Shown piece after piece: positions 19,168-29,170 of a stretch of 64,000 nucleotides of DNA. This DNA is from an uncultured delta proteobacterium (GTDB lineage Bacteria > Desulfobacterota > Binatia > Binatales > Binataceae). Within the stretch, counting starts at the first letter, position 1. The number at the start of each line of letters is the position of its first letter. The stretch covers positions 1,536,001 to 1,600,000 of the forward strand of contig CAWJET010000002.1 of assembly GCA_963842085.1 (NCBI GenBank). Direction: 5' to 3'. Both the position numbers and the translations under genes were made by a program. The notes under the pieces are model-generated. The model worked only from the letters and a program-made list of their open reading frames with translations, made no database searches and was not told the origin of the DNA.

Positions 19168-20301
19168 ATGAGCGACAAAACCAGTTTCGAGGTGGTCATA
19201 ATCGGCGGCGGAATCGCCGGTGCGTCGCTGGCGTACTTTCTTGCCGAGCGTGGCATAACCGATTTCGTGATTCTCGAACGCGAGAGTCAGCCCGGCTATC
19301 ACTCGACCGGGCGCAGTGCGGCGACGCTGGTCGAGTTCGATCCCAATCCGGCCGTGCAACGCCTGAAGGCGATCGGCGGAAACTTTCTGCGCAATCCGCC
19401 CGCGGGCTTCGCAGAAAACCCGCTGCTTCAGCGTTCGCAGGTGATGTTCGTGTTCCGCGATTCGATGCTGCATGAGTTACCCGGAGTGATCGCCCGTCTC
19501 GGCACCGATGGCGTCTCCTTCGAGGTGCTTTCGCGCGCACAGGCCGTCGCCCGCGTTCCGGTTCTGGAACTGGAGGAGTCGGAACGCGCGATTCTTCTCA
19601 CCGAGGATGGGCGCATCGATGTTCATGAGTTGTTGTCGAGCTACCTGCGCCACCCGCGGCGTCGCGCCGCGCAGCTACGCACGAACTGCGAAGTTCGCGG
19701 CGTGATTATCGAGGCTGGCCGATGCCGTGGCGTCATTACCAATTCCGGCGAAGTCCGCGCGCGTTGGGTGGTCGATGCGGCGGGAGCATGGGCCGGCGAG
19801 ATCGCGAGGTTGGCGGGCGCTGCGCCAATCGCGCTCGAGCCACGCCGCCGGACTATTGTCACGTTCGAGCCGCCCGAGCCGATCGACGTCAGTAGATGGC
19901 CGTTCGTGATCAGCGAGCTGGATCAACTCTATTTCGCGCCGGAGTCGGGAGGTCTGTTACTGAGCCCGATGGACCAGGAACCCATGCGCCCGTGCGATGC
20001 GCAACCCGACGATGTGGTAATCGCGGGCGCGATCGAGCGGCTTCGCAGATTGGCGCCGCGCTTGGTTCCGCGCTCGCTAAAACGCAAATGGTCCGGGCTG
20101 CGCACGTTTTCCCCCGACTCGGTTCCGGTGGTCGGCGAGGATCCGCTTGTGCGTGGTTTCTTCTGGCTCGCCGGACAGCAAGGTTTCGGAATCGAGAGCA
20201 GCCCCGCACTAGGGCAAATCGCGGCAGATCTCATCGCACGCGGAAGCACCAGCATTTTCGATCCGCGCGCCCTCTCACCGGCGCGTTTCTCAGCCGGCTG
20301 A
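19168..20301 (+). CDS. FAD-dependent oxidoreductase (DAO family)
   Basis: IIGGGIAG, YHSTGRSAA, WSGLRTFSPD, GQQGFGI. Confidence 0.9.
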   Translation: MSDKTSFEVVIIGGGIAGASLAYFLAERGITDFVILERESQPGYHSTGRSAATLVEFDPNPAVQRLKAIGGNFLRNPPAGFAENPLLQRSQVMFVFRDSMLHELPGVIARLGTDGVSFEVLSRAQAVARVPVLELEESERAILLTEDGRIDVHELLSSYLRHPRRRAAQLRTNCEVRGVIIEAGRCRGVITNSGEVRARWVVDAAGAWAGEIARLAGAAPIALEPRRRTIVTFEPPEPIDVSRWPFVISELDQLYFAPESGGLLLSPMDQEPMRPCDAQPDDVVIAGAIERLRRLAPRLVPRSLKRKWSGLRTFSPDSVPVVGEDPLVRGFFWLAGQQGFGIESSPALGQIAADLIARGSTSIFDPRALSPARFSAG

Positions 20302-20435
20302 GAGATTACCCGTCGATGAGAGGCGCGCGCGACGCGCTGCGATGCTGCCGGCGACATCAAAACGCTCCTGACAAGGACAGCGAAGGATTCTCCATCAATA
20401 GGTGTGCCACGATCGCTGCCCGCGTGGTTCATTCG

Positions 20436-20644
20436 CTCGATGACCTCGCGGCAACGGGAAGGCGTTCGGATCAGACCGGGGCCAACTCAACCAGCTGAAT
20501 GGTACGGCTGGTCCTTTTCTGGTAGTCCGCGTATGCGGGGTACATGGCAACCAGCCTTGGCCACATCTCTTGTCTTTCTTCAGGTGCGAGGGTGCGGGCA
20601 CGGTACGCGCCGCGCGCCCAGCACCGCTCTAGTGTCACCTCGGG
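20436..20644 (+). repeat. 209-bp direct repeat copy B (truncated Ddn gene 3' half, encoded on minus strand)
   Basis: ~93% identical to 12716-12924; encodes NPEVT...IQLVELAPV*. Confidence 0.9.
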
Positions 20645-20683
20645 GTTTCGGGTGCAAGGTGGCAAATCTAACGCGTCGGGGTT

Positions 20684-21154
20684 ATGCCAACCAATATGAA
20701 GATTCATCGAATGGCCAATCTCGCTGTACTTTCGGTCGTTTTATCATTCGCATTCGTTGCCGCAGTGCGCGCGGACGACAAGGCGGTGCCGGGATGGGAC
20801 CCCGCTGTGTTCCGCGACGCAAGCACCATCAAGATAATGACCACCGAACCTGACGTCGGAGAGCATTGGTCAAACTTGTGGGTGGTCGTGATCGACGGGC
20901 AGCCGTACGTCCGGCTTGGCGATCGCGCATACGGACGGATTCAGAGGAACACCACCAGCCCCTACGTGAAGTTGAAGGTGGCGGACCAGGAATTCGACAA
21001 GGTGAAGGTGGAGGAGATGCCGGAGATGAAGGAAAAGGTGGCCGCCGCGATGGCCGACAAGTACTGGATGGACATCCTCATCCGACATGAATCGCATCCG
21101 ATGGTCGCCCGCCTGGTTCCAGAGGCCGCCACACCCGAGACCTCATCGCACTGA
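20684..21154 (+). CDS. secreted DUF2255/split-barrel-like protein
   Basis: signal peptide; LWVVVIDGQPYVR...AMADKY. Confidence 0.6.
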   Translation: MPTNMKIHRMANLAVLSVVLSFAFVAAVRADDKAVPGWDPAVFRDASTIKIMTTEPDVGEHWSNLWVVVIDGQPYVRLGDRAYGRIQRNTTSPYVKLKVADQEFDKVKVEEMPEMKEKVAAAMADKYWMDILIRHESHPMVARLVPEAATPETSSH

Positions 21155-21443
21155 GTGCCGTGGGCAGCCTCTGCATTTCGGGTTCGGGCTCGAACCAGCG
21201 TTTGCCGACCATTCGGTGTTGACGCGATGTTGAGTCAAGATGCCAAAAAGGAAGCCCCTAGGATAAATGTCTTTTTCGGTGGCATCGCGCCGCGCAATGG
21301 CCCGCCGCGATCTGCGGGGCGTTGAGCGCCGGCTCAACTGGATGCTCGCAAAGCGGAGACTCGAGTCCACCGCTCAGGACGGTGTTTTCCACTCGCGTAT
21401 CGAAAAATAAATCGCCGGGCTGGATGTCGCCAGGAGGGTCGCG

Positions 21444-22937
21444 ATGGGCGAACAGCGATACGACTTCATCATTCGCGGCGCGAGCATTTTCGACGGCAGC
21501 GGCGCTCCGCCGTTCACCGGCGACGTCGCGGTGCGCGGCGATCAAATCGTTGAGGTGGGCGAAATCACCGGCGCCGCCGCTCGCGAGATCGATGCGCGCG
21601 GACTCGCCGTCGCACCAGGCTTCATCGACGTTCACAGCCACGACGATTTTGCGATCTTCATCACGCCCGAGATGGACTTCAAAACGATGCAGGGTGTCAC
21701 GACCGACGTCGTCGGCAACTGCGGGTTGGGCGCAGCACCGTTCGGTGTGAGCAGCCGAATGTTCGTCTCGATGGGCGCCGATGCGAAGACACCGACCTGG
21801 GACGGGTATCCAGGATACTTCGACGCGATCGACCGTAATCCTGCGAGCCTGAACGTCGCCGTGCTGGCCGGTCACGGCACTCTCAGGTTCGCGGCGATGG
21901 GCAATGAACAACGCGAGCCGACCGAGTCTGAAATGGCGGCGATGCGCGCGTGCCTGGTAGAGGCGCTCGACGCCGGCGCGGTCGGTCTTTCGACGGGATT
22001 GATCTACGAGCCGGGCCGCTACGCGCGCACAGAAGAGATTGTCGCGCTCGCGCGCGAGATGGCTGGTGGCCGCGGACTGTACGCCAGCCACATGCGCGAC
22101 GAGGGCGCCGGCCTACTCGATTCAGTCCGCGAGACAATTCACATCGGCGAGGCGGCCGGTGTCCCCGTGCAGATTTCGCATCACAAGGCTTCAGGCACCG
22201 ACAATTGGGGCATGGTGCGCGAGTCGATCAAACTGATCGAGCAGGCCGACGCGCGCGGCATGGACGTGACGGCGGACCAGTATCCGTACATCGCCGGCAG
22301 CACGATACTTGCCGCGGTGGTGCAGAACGGCGCACTCGGGGGTGAAGCGCGCGGCGGCATGGGGCGCGTGCCGGCCGAGAAGGTTCTCTTCGCGTCGACG
22401 CCGCGCCATCCGCAGTATGAAGGCATGACGCTGCGCCAGTTGTGCGATCTGTGGGGTATGACGGAACTGGACGCGGCCCAGCGCATCCTCGATGAAGAAG
22501 GCGCGAACGCCGTCGTCGTGACCGAGATGATGAACGAGGAAGACGTCCGCACCGTGATGCGCCATCGCTCGACGATGATCGGTTCGGATGGAATTGCGGC
22601 CGGCAGTCGGCCGCATCCGCGGCTGTACGGAACTTTTCCACGCGTGCTCGGCCACTACGCGCGCGATGGCGGCTTGATGCCGCTCCACGAAGCCATTCAC
22701 CGGATGACGGGATTTCCAGCGACCAAGTTCCGGCTCGAGGGCCGTGGCTTCCTTCGCGCCGGAAGCTTCGCCGACGTCGTGATCTTCGACCCCGCAAGCA
22801 TTATCGACACGGCGACCTACCAGGAGCCGTGCCGCTACCCCGAGGGCATCAACTATGTGTTCGTAAACGGCGTCGAAGTCGCGCGCGACGGACGTCACAC
22901 GGGCGCTCGCCCGGGCCGCGCGCTGCGCCGGGCCTGA
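21444..22937 (+). CDS. N-acyl-D-amino-acid deacylase
   Basis: PGFIDVHSHDD, GNCG, SHMRDE, ISHHK, GSDG..PHPRLYGTFPR. Confidence 0.92.
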   Translation: MGEQRYDFIIRGASIFDGSGAPPFTGDVAVRGDQIVEVGEITGAAAREIDARGLAVAPGFIDVHSHDDFAIFITPEMDFKTMQGVTTDVVGNCGLGAAPFGVSSRMFVSMGADAKTPTWDGYPGYFDAIDRNPASLNVAVLAGHGTLRFAAMGNEQREPTESEMAAMRACLVEALDAGAVGLSTGLIYEPGRYARTEEIVALAREMAGGRGLYASHMRDEGAGLLDSVRETIHIGEAAGVPVQISHHKASGTDNWGMVRESIKLIEQADARGMDVTADQYPYIAGSTILAAVVQNGALGGEARGGMGRVPAEKVLFASTPRHPQYEGMTLRQLCDLWGMTELDAAQRILDEEGANAVVVTEMMNEEDVRTVMRHRSTMIGSDGIAAGSRPHPRLYGTFPRVLGHYARDGGLMPLHEAIHRMTGFPATKFRLEGRGFLRAGSFADVVIFDPASIIDTATYQEPCRYPEGINYVFVNGVEVARDGRHTGARPGRALRRA

Positions 22938-23043
22938 ACGATCACCGCAAAAATTCATGAATCCCGCTGATTTGTGATTCGCCGCGAAGCCGACTAGACA
23001 GGAATCCGGCCGCAATCGATCTCGCTCGGACGGAGGACGCACC

Positions 23044-24801
23044 ATGGCGCAGAATCGCGAGGCGGAGCCTAGGTACAAGGTCGCCATCGAAAAGAATCTG
23101 GCGATGCGCACGCGCGACGGTGTCACGCTCCGTGCCGACGTGTACCGCCCCGACGCGGCCGGAAGATTCCCGGTGCTGGTGATGCGCACGCCATACGACA
23201 AGAGCCAGCAGATGGCGATGACCGAGCGCGATTATTTTCCTCCGCGGGGCTATGTGCTGATCGTGCAAGACACGCGCGGACGCTTCAGCTCCGAGGGCGA
23301 ATTCGCGCCGTTTGTCAACGAAGCGCGCGATGGGTACGACACCATCGAATGGGCCGCGTCGCTGCCATGGTCAAACGGCAAGGTTGGCGCAGTCGGCCAG
23401 TCGTATCTGGGACTCGTGCAGTATTACGCGGCAACACTCGGGCCGCCGCATCTGGTCGCGATGTGCCCCGTGTCGGGTCCGGTCACCTACTACGAAAACT
23501 GCATCTATCGGCGCGGAGTATTCGAGCTAGGATGGATGCTCGCGTACTTTTCGTTCATGGCCGTCAACACGCTCGAGCGGAAAGGTATCTACCAAGAGTA
23601 CAAGGCACAGCTCGACAGCTACCTGTCGCATCCCGAGCTACCCCTCTCGCCGTTCACCACCGAGGCATACCGGCATCTGCCGATCGCCGATTGGGGGGAA
23701 CGCCTGGAAGCCGGAGCGCCTCACTTTGCGGACTATCTCCACCAATGGAGAGATGGGGCATTCTGGACGGCAACTGACATTCGCCCGCTCGTCCACAATG
23801 TGACCGTGCCGATGATGCATACCGGATCGTGGTACGACGCTTTCCAGTTCGACACACTCACTATGTACACCCAGATGCACAGAGACGCCCGCAGCGACAA
23901 GGCCCGCCGCGGACAGCGGCTGATCATGGGACCATGGGCACATCTGCTGCCCTACTCGGTGCCCACGTCGCGCGGCACCGGCGATATCGACTTCGGCCCG
24001 GAAGCGCAAGTCGAACTGCTCGCCGACCAGGAGCGATTCCTGCGTCATTGGTTCGAAGGCAGAGAAGATGAAATTCTTGACGAACCGCCAGTCAGAATTT
24101 TCGTGATGGGGGACAACCGATGGCGCGACGAGCGCGAATGGCCGCTCGCGCGCACTCAGTACACGAAGATATACCTGCGTGGCCGCGGTCGTGCGAACAG
24201 TCTGCGCGGCAATGGCGCACTGAAATTCGAAGCACCCGCCGACGAGCCGGCCGATCAGTACACCTATGATCCTGACAATCCAGTGCCCACGCGCGGCGGC
24301 ACGACTCTTGGCCTCGCGTCCGGAGTATTCGATCAGCGCGACGTCGAACAGCGCGATGACATTCTGGTCTATACTGGCGACGTTCTCCCTCAGGACCTCG
24401 AAGTCACCGGGCCGGTCACGATGAAGCTCCATGCGAGCTCATCGGCGCGCGACACTGATTTCACGGCGAAACTCGTTGATGTCAGGCCCGACGGCTACGC
24501 GCAAAACATCGCGGAGGGAATCGTTCGAGCGCGCTTCCGCGATTCGGCATCCAAGCCGACACTAATAGCTCCCGACAAAGTTTACGAGTACAGAATCGAT
24601 CTCTGGGCAACGAGCCACGTCTTCAAAGCGGGACATCGGCTTCGGCTCGAAGTCTCGTCGAGCAACTTTCCCCGCTACGATCGCAATCAAAACACAGGGA
24701 ATGATCTGTTCGTCGATCGCGAGCTCAAAACCGCGCGCCAGACGGTTCACCATTCGGGCCCCTACGCATCGCACATTGTGCTGCCGGTGATCCCACGATG
24801 A
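23044..24801 (+). CDS. CocE/NonD family hydrolase
   Basis: RTPYDK, QDTRGRFSSEG, GQSYLG, GPWAH, SSNFPRYDRN. Confidence 0.92.
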   Translation: MAQNREAEPRYKVAIEKNLAMRTRDGVTLRADVYRPDAAGRFPVLVMRTPYDKSQQMAMTERDYFPPRGYVLIVQDTRGRFSSEGEFAPFVNEARDGYDTIEWAASLPWSNGKVGAVGQSYLGLVQYYAATLGPPHLVAMCPVSGPVTYYENCIYRRGVFELGWMLAYFSFMAVNTLERKGIYQEYKAQLDSYLSHPELPLSPFTTEAYRHLPIADWGERLEAGAPHFADYLHQWRDGAFWTATDIRPLVHNVTVPMMHTGSWYDAFQFDTLTMYTQMHRDARSDKARRGQRLIMGPWAHLLPYSVPTSRGTGDIDFGPEAQVELLADQERFLRHWFEGREDEILDEPPVRIFVMGDNRWRDEREWPLARTQYTKIYLRGRGRANSLRGNGALKFEAPADEPADQYTYDPDNPVPTRGGTTLGLASGVFDQRDVEQRDDILVYTGDVLPQDLEVTGPVTMKLHASSSARDTDFTAKLVDVRPDGYAQNIAEGIVRARFRDSASKPTLIAPDKVYEYRIDLWATSHVFKAGHRLRLEVSSSNFPRYDRNQNTGNDLFVDRELKTARQTVHHSGPYASHIVLPVIPR

Positions 24802-24885
24802 CAGCCGCCCTCGACTACAACCGAGTTCCCAACTTCATGCGATAGGAGAACGCTCCCGATATGGTCTGCCCTCTGCGACGAGTGC

Positions 24886-25202
24886 GAGTGGACCGGCGTG
24901 TTCGGCTCCGAGCGACTGACCGGCGCGCTGCTCGATCGGCTCACCCGTCACGTCCATATCCTCGAGATGAACGGCGACAGTTTCAGGCTCAAACACAGCC
25001 AGCGTCAGATCGCTGACGATCCTCGACCGACCGAAGCCGGATAAGCACCTGCCTAGATAGTAACTCGAACACCGGGAGTTCCTCGTACGGGCGAGGGGGA
25101 AAATCCCCCTCGCTCTCCCGCTGCCGAAACTCAAACCAACCCCGGGCAGACTGATGCATTTTTACTCCGGCCTGTTGATGTACTTTTGCTCCGGCGTTGA
25201 CA
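24886..25202 (+). mobile_element. istB: IS21-family remnant: istB 3' end and right end
   Basis: [34 protein letters not shown]; tandem end repeats TGATGCATTTTTACTCCGGC/TGATGTACTTTTGCTCCGGC ending GTTGACA. Confidence 0.85.
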
Positions 25203-25241
25203 CACTATTTTCGAGTTTTCCGCTGAGAGCGCGAAAATCGC

Positions 25242-25462
25242 GGACTGTGTGGCGGATGCCGCAGTCTGATACGAACTGCTCTCCGCATCAAATTCCCTGA
25301 TCATCAGGGAAAATAGAGGGAATTTTCACGATTTTGGGTGTTCTCCGCCCGATTTACAGCCTAAAAGCCCTTGTCTTTTTTCCGGTTTTCGGTGGAATTC
25401 CCTACTCAACTGAACAGGGAATTATTTTGACGTAACAGGGAATTCGATCCGCGGAACAGGGT
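25242..25462. repeat. tRNA-3'-like att remnant with CAGGGAA repeat array
   Basis: TGGCGGATGCCGCAGTCTGATACGAAC resembles a reverse-complement tRNA 3' end; palindrome TTCCCTGAT-C-ATCAGGGAA at 25293-25311; AACAGGG x3. Confidence 0.55.
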
Positions 25463-25639
25463 AAGCCGTTTACCAGCATCGCCTGGGCCGCAGGCGATGC
25501 AGGTGCCAACGCTTGATGGATTCATCTTGTGCTCCTCGCTACTCGGCACTCATCAGCTTTCCAATATGCTCGTCTCCTGCTCTACTCGATCATATCGGAG
25601 GTCCCACGTTTCGCGTCGCCGAAGCGTTTGAGATCTTCT

Positions 25640-25770
25640 GGTTTCGGCGTTCGGACTCCGGCACCTTAAACTCGCAACCAATATGTCCACGCACAGCTTC
25701 CATCGCTCTCGCTGATCTTCATTCCACGGTGGACAATTTCCCTCACCCGATAGTTCGTCGATCCACCCGC
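25640..25770 (-). pseudogene. group I truncated hemoglobin remnant
   Basis: GGSTNYR..IVHRGMKISESD...FKVPESER degenerate match. Confidence 0.4.
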
Positions 25771-25774
25771 ACGA

Positions 25775-26095
25775 TTAGTGTGAACGAGTCAGAAGTACAG
25801 TCAGGATCAGGTGCAGAACGACGGCTGGCCACAAAAGTATGCCGGTCATACCGCTCGCGGAGCCGACGTATGCGAGGTACAGCGTGACGGCCGAGCTGTA
25901 GGTCAGCATCCCGACCCGCGGCGGACCCGGCCAGCAGGCGATACTTAGTGCGATGCCGGCCACGCGTGCTGCAGGTATACCAACGCCGGTCAGTCCGTCG
26001 CCGAACAACAACTGCGCAACGAGCGACAGAACGATCAGGAGCCCCAGACCAGTTACGGCCTCGCCTACAGCGGCTAGAAAAAGTCCCCTCTTCAT
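25775..26095 (-). CDS. small membrane protein
   Basis: 106 aa hydrophobic ORF directly downstream of the sulfatase. Confidence 0.6.
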   Translation of the reverse strand: MKRGLFLAAVGEAVTGLGLLIVLSLVAQLLFGDGLTGVGIPAARVAGIALSIACWPGPPRVGMLTYSSAVTLYLAYVGSASGMTGILLWPAVVLHLILTVLLTRSH

Positions 26096-26109
26096 TGCGT
26101 CGACACCGG

Positions 26110-27892
26110 CTAGTCTTTCGCTCGGGCGACCGCGTCTTCGATGGCCGGCATGTTCTTGCGATCCTGATCCGTGTACTGCACCGGGCCGAGATTGAAGGTC
26201 ACCTTGTCGATCTTGCCCGTGAACTTGAACGGACGATCATAACGATACTCGACGAGCGCGACCCCGGTGCGCGTATCCATCCCGACGTCGAAGTCTTCGT
26301 CCTCCGGGAACATGATGGGAGTGGTGTGATCCATATGCTTTCTGTCCACTTCCTTACCGTCCACCGACAGCACTCCTATGCCGCCCTTGCCCATGCCCGG
26401 GCCGTCGAGCTTGAAGTCGAACACGATAGTGTGTTTGCCGGCGCCCAGTTCCGGCCCTGCCCAAATCGTGCGCTTGAGATCGAGCAGGTTGTAAAGGAAT
26501 ACGACTTTGCCGTGGCGGAGTCCCAACTCGCCCTTTGAGAGGAATAAGCCGTAGCCACCGAAGCGACCGCCCTCGGTGACGATCATGCCTTCGGCGCCGC
26601 CCTCGGGAATGTCGACGTTGGCGGTGATGGTATAGTCCTTGTCCAGGATGTTCGGAGCGGTGCTGGGCGGCACGCCGCTCAATTCGCCCGAATAGGTGAA
26701 CGTGGTCCGTCCCGCAGTGGCGCTCGGGCGCGGTGTGAGGAAGCGCGCGAGGGTCGAGTTGTCGAGCGGCAGCACGTCGTACTTCTTCGCCTGCTCGTAG
26801 AACACATCCTGCAATTGCTTGAGCTTGTCCGGCATCTTGTCGGCAAGGTTGTTGTATTCCGTGACGTCTTCATTGAGGTTGTAGAGTTCCCACTTGTAAC
26901 CGGTGATCACGTCGGGCGGGGTGGCGGTGTTCAATTCCCACGGGAGACTTACCGGCGTCGTGACCGCCATCCAACCCTCCTGGTAAATGGCGCGGTTCCC
27001 GAGCATCTCGAAATATTGCGTCGTGTGCCGGGTTGGCGCATCGGCGTTCTTCTTGTCCCACGTGTACACCATGCTTACGCCTTCGATGGGGCGCTGCTTG
27101 ATGCCTTTGATCGTATCGGGAGCCGGGATGCCGGTCACCTCGAGGATCGTGGGTACGATGTCGATGACGTGAGAAAACTGACGGCGGATGCCACCGACGT
27201 CCGTGATGTGGCCGGGCCATGACATGGCCATGCCATTGGCCGTGCCGCCGCGATGCGACGCTACCTGCTTCACCCACTTGAACGGGGTATCCATCGCCCA
27301 CGCCCAGCCAGCCGCATAATGCGGAAAGGTCCGATCCGATCCCCAGAGCGGATACCAGAGAAACTGATCCTTGACCGGCACGGCGACGCCGTTGAACGTT
27401 GTGAACTCGTTCGGTGTGCCGTTGAGCATGGCCTCGGCACTCGCGCCGTTGTCGCCGCTTATATAAATGATCAAGGTGTTGTCGAGCTCACCCAGGTCGT
27501 CGACGGCTTGGATGACCCGGCCGATTTCGTGGTCGGTGTATGCGAGATACGCCCCGTAGACGTCGGCCTGTTTGATGTAGAGTTTTTTCTGCTCGAGACT
27601 CAGGGTATCCCACTCCGGCAGATCCTTCGGCCACGGCGTCAGTTTGGCATCGGCGGGCATGATGCCGAGCCGCTTCTGGTTGGCAAAGATGGTATCGCGC
27701 AATTTGTTCCAGCCGCCGTCGAACAGGTGTTGGTCGCTGATTTTCTTGATCCACTCGGGCGTCGGATGATGGGGCGCGTGAGTACCGCCCGGGACATAAT
27801 AGACGAAGAACGGCTTGTCGGGCGCGATCTCCTTGAGCTGTGTCATGTAGTGGATGGCGTCGTCAGCCATCGCGGTGGTGAGATTCCATCCG
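26110..27892 (-). pseudogene. arylsulfatase, 5'-truncated
   Basis: THAPHH, SGDNGAS, TPFKWVKQ, HVIDIVPT, WELYNL; the N-terminal CxPxR region is absent. Confidence 0.85.
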
Positions 27893-28024
27893 GCGATTAG
27901 CGTAGGAACATTCACCAAAGCACTTAACTTTTCGTCGTTGTGGCGCAACGTGGTCGCCCTTGCGGTTCTGGCTCTTATCTATTTCTTGACATCTGTGACG
28001 CTCCTGAAGAAGCAAGAGGCCTAG
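27893..28024 (+). pseudogene. 3' end of RbbA/YhiH-type ABC transporter
   Basis: ISVGTFTKALNFSSLW...LLKKQEA* immediately upstream of the YhhJ-like permease. Confidence 0.7.
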
Positions 28025-28027
28025 GCG

Positions 28028-29155
28028 ATGCGGCATCTCCGGCATATCGGCCAGCTTGGAATCAAGGAGTTGCTCAGTCTCACCCGCGACCCGCTATTAC
28101 TATTTCTCATCGTCTACTCGTTCACGTTCTCCGTTTATACACCGGCGAAAAGCGCAGTTATGGATGTGGTAAACGCTTCGGTTGCGGTAGTGGATGAAGA
28201 TCATTCGACAGTATCCCGCCAGATAAGGGATTCGTTGCTGCCGCCCTTATTTCTCCCCGCAGCGGTCATACCGTTCGGCGAAATCAATCGCGTGATGGAC
28301 GAAGGCAAATACACATTTGTGATTGACATTCCGCCCAAGTTTCAGCACGACCTCACGAAAGGCGCCACACCCACGATTGAGGTTATTACTGACGCGACCG
28401 CAATGAGCCAGGCAGGCAGAGGTCCGTCATATATTCAGAAAATCATCACTAAGGAAGTTGAGCCTTTCTGGGCTGGCAGATCAAATTCAGCAAATCGAGA
28501 GCTGGTTAAGCTTGTCACGCGGGCGCGCTTTAACCCGAACATGCAACAGAGTTGGTTCGTGGCGATCAACCAGATCATAAACAACATCTCCGTGCTTGCG
28601 ATCTTTTTGACCGGCGCCGCCGTCCTGCGTGAACGCGAGCACGGAACGATCGAGCATCTGCTTGTCATGCCATTGAGTCCCTATGAGCTGATGTTCGCCA
28701 AGATTTGGGCGAATGGCCTGGTAGTGGTGGTCGCTGCCATGCTGTCGCTGTTCATTGTTGTGAAGCTGGCAATCGGGGTTCCGATCGCCGGCTCGATTCC
28801 ACTCTTTCTTGGAGGCCTAATCATATATCTGTTCTCCGTAACCGCCCTCGGCATCATGCTAGCGACTCTGGTCCGTTCGATGCCCCAATTCGGTCTGCTG
28901 GCGTTCCCGGTATTTATCGTCATGAGCCTGCTCTCAGGCGGCCAGACGCCTGTGGAGAGCATGCCTGTTTTGCTCCAGAAGATTATGACATTTGTGCCGT
29001 CGACACATTTCGTCAGCTTCTCGCAGGCGGTGCTGTTCAGGAACGCGACGCCGGCAATGGTGTGGCCGGATATGACGAAGATGTTTCTGATCGGTGCCGC
29101 ATATACTGCGTTCACCCTTTCAAGGTTCCGCAAAATGCTTGCGGCAATTCAATAG
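28028..29155 (+). CDS. ABC-2 permease, YhhJ-like
   Basis: LGIKELLSL, REREHGTIEHLLVMP, RSMPQFGLL, LSGGQTPVESMP. Confidence 0.9.
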   Translation: MRHLRHIGQLGIKELLSLTRDPLLLFLIVYSFTFSVYTPAKSAVMDVVNASVAVVDEDHSTVSRQIRDSLLPPLFLPAAVIPFGEINRVMDEGKYTFVIDIPPKFQHDLTKGATPTIEVITDATAMSQAGRGPSYIQKIITKEVEPFWAGRSNSANRELVKLVTRARFNPNMQQSWFVAINQIINNISVLAIFLTGAAVLREREHGTIEHLLVMPLSPYELMFAKIWANGLVVVVAAMLSLFIVVKLAIGVPIAGSIPLFLGGLIIYLFSVTALGIMLATLVRSMPQFGLLAFPVFIVMSLLSGGQTPVESMPVLLQKIMTFVPSTHFVSFSQAVLFRNATPAMVWPDMTKMFLIGAAYTAFTLSRFRKMLAAIQ

Positions 29156-29170
29156 GAGTCGCTGGCGAGA

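Noticed and set aside
25242-25290. Intact tRNA gene
   Set aside because: Only a degenerate acceptor/T-arm-like stretch; no cloverleaf
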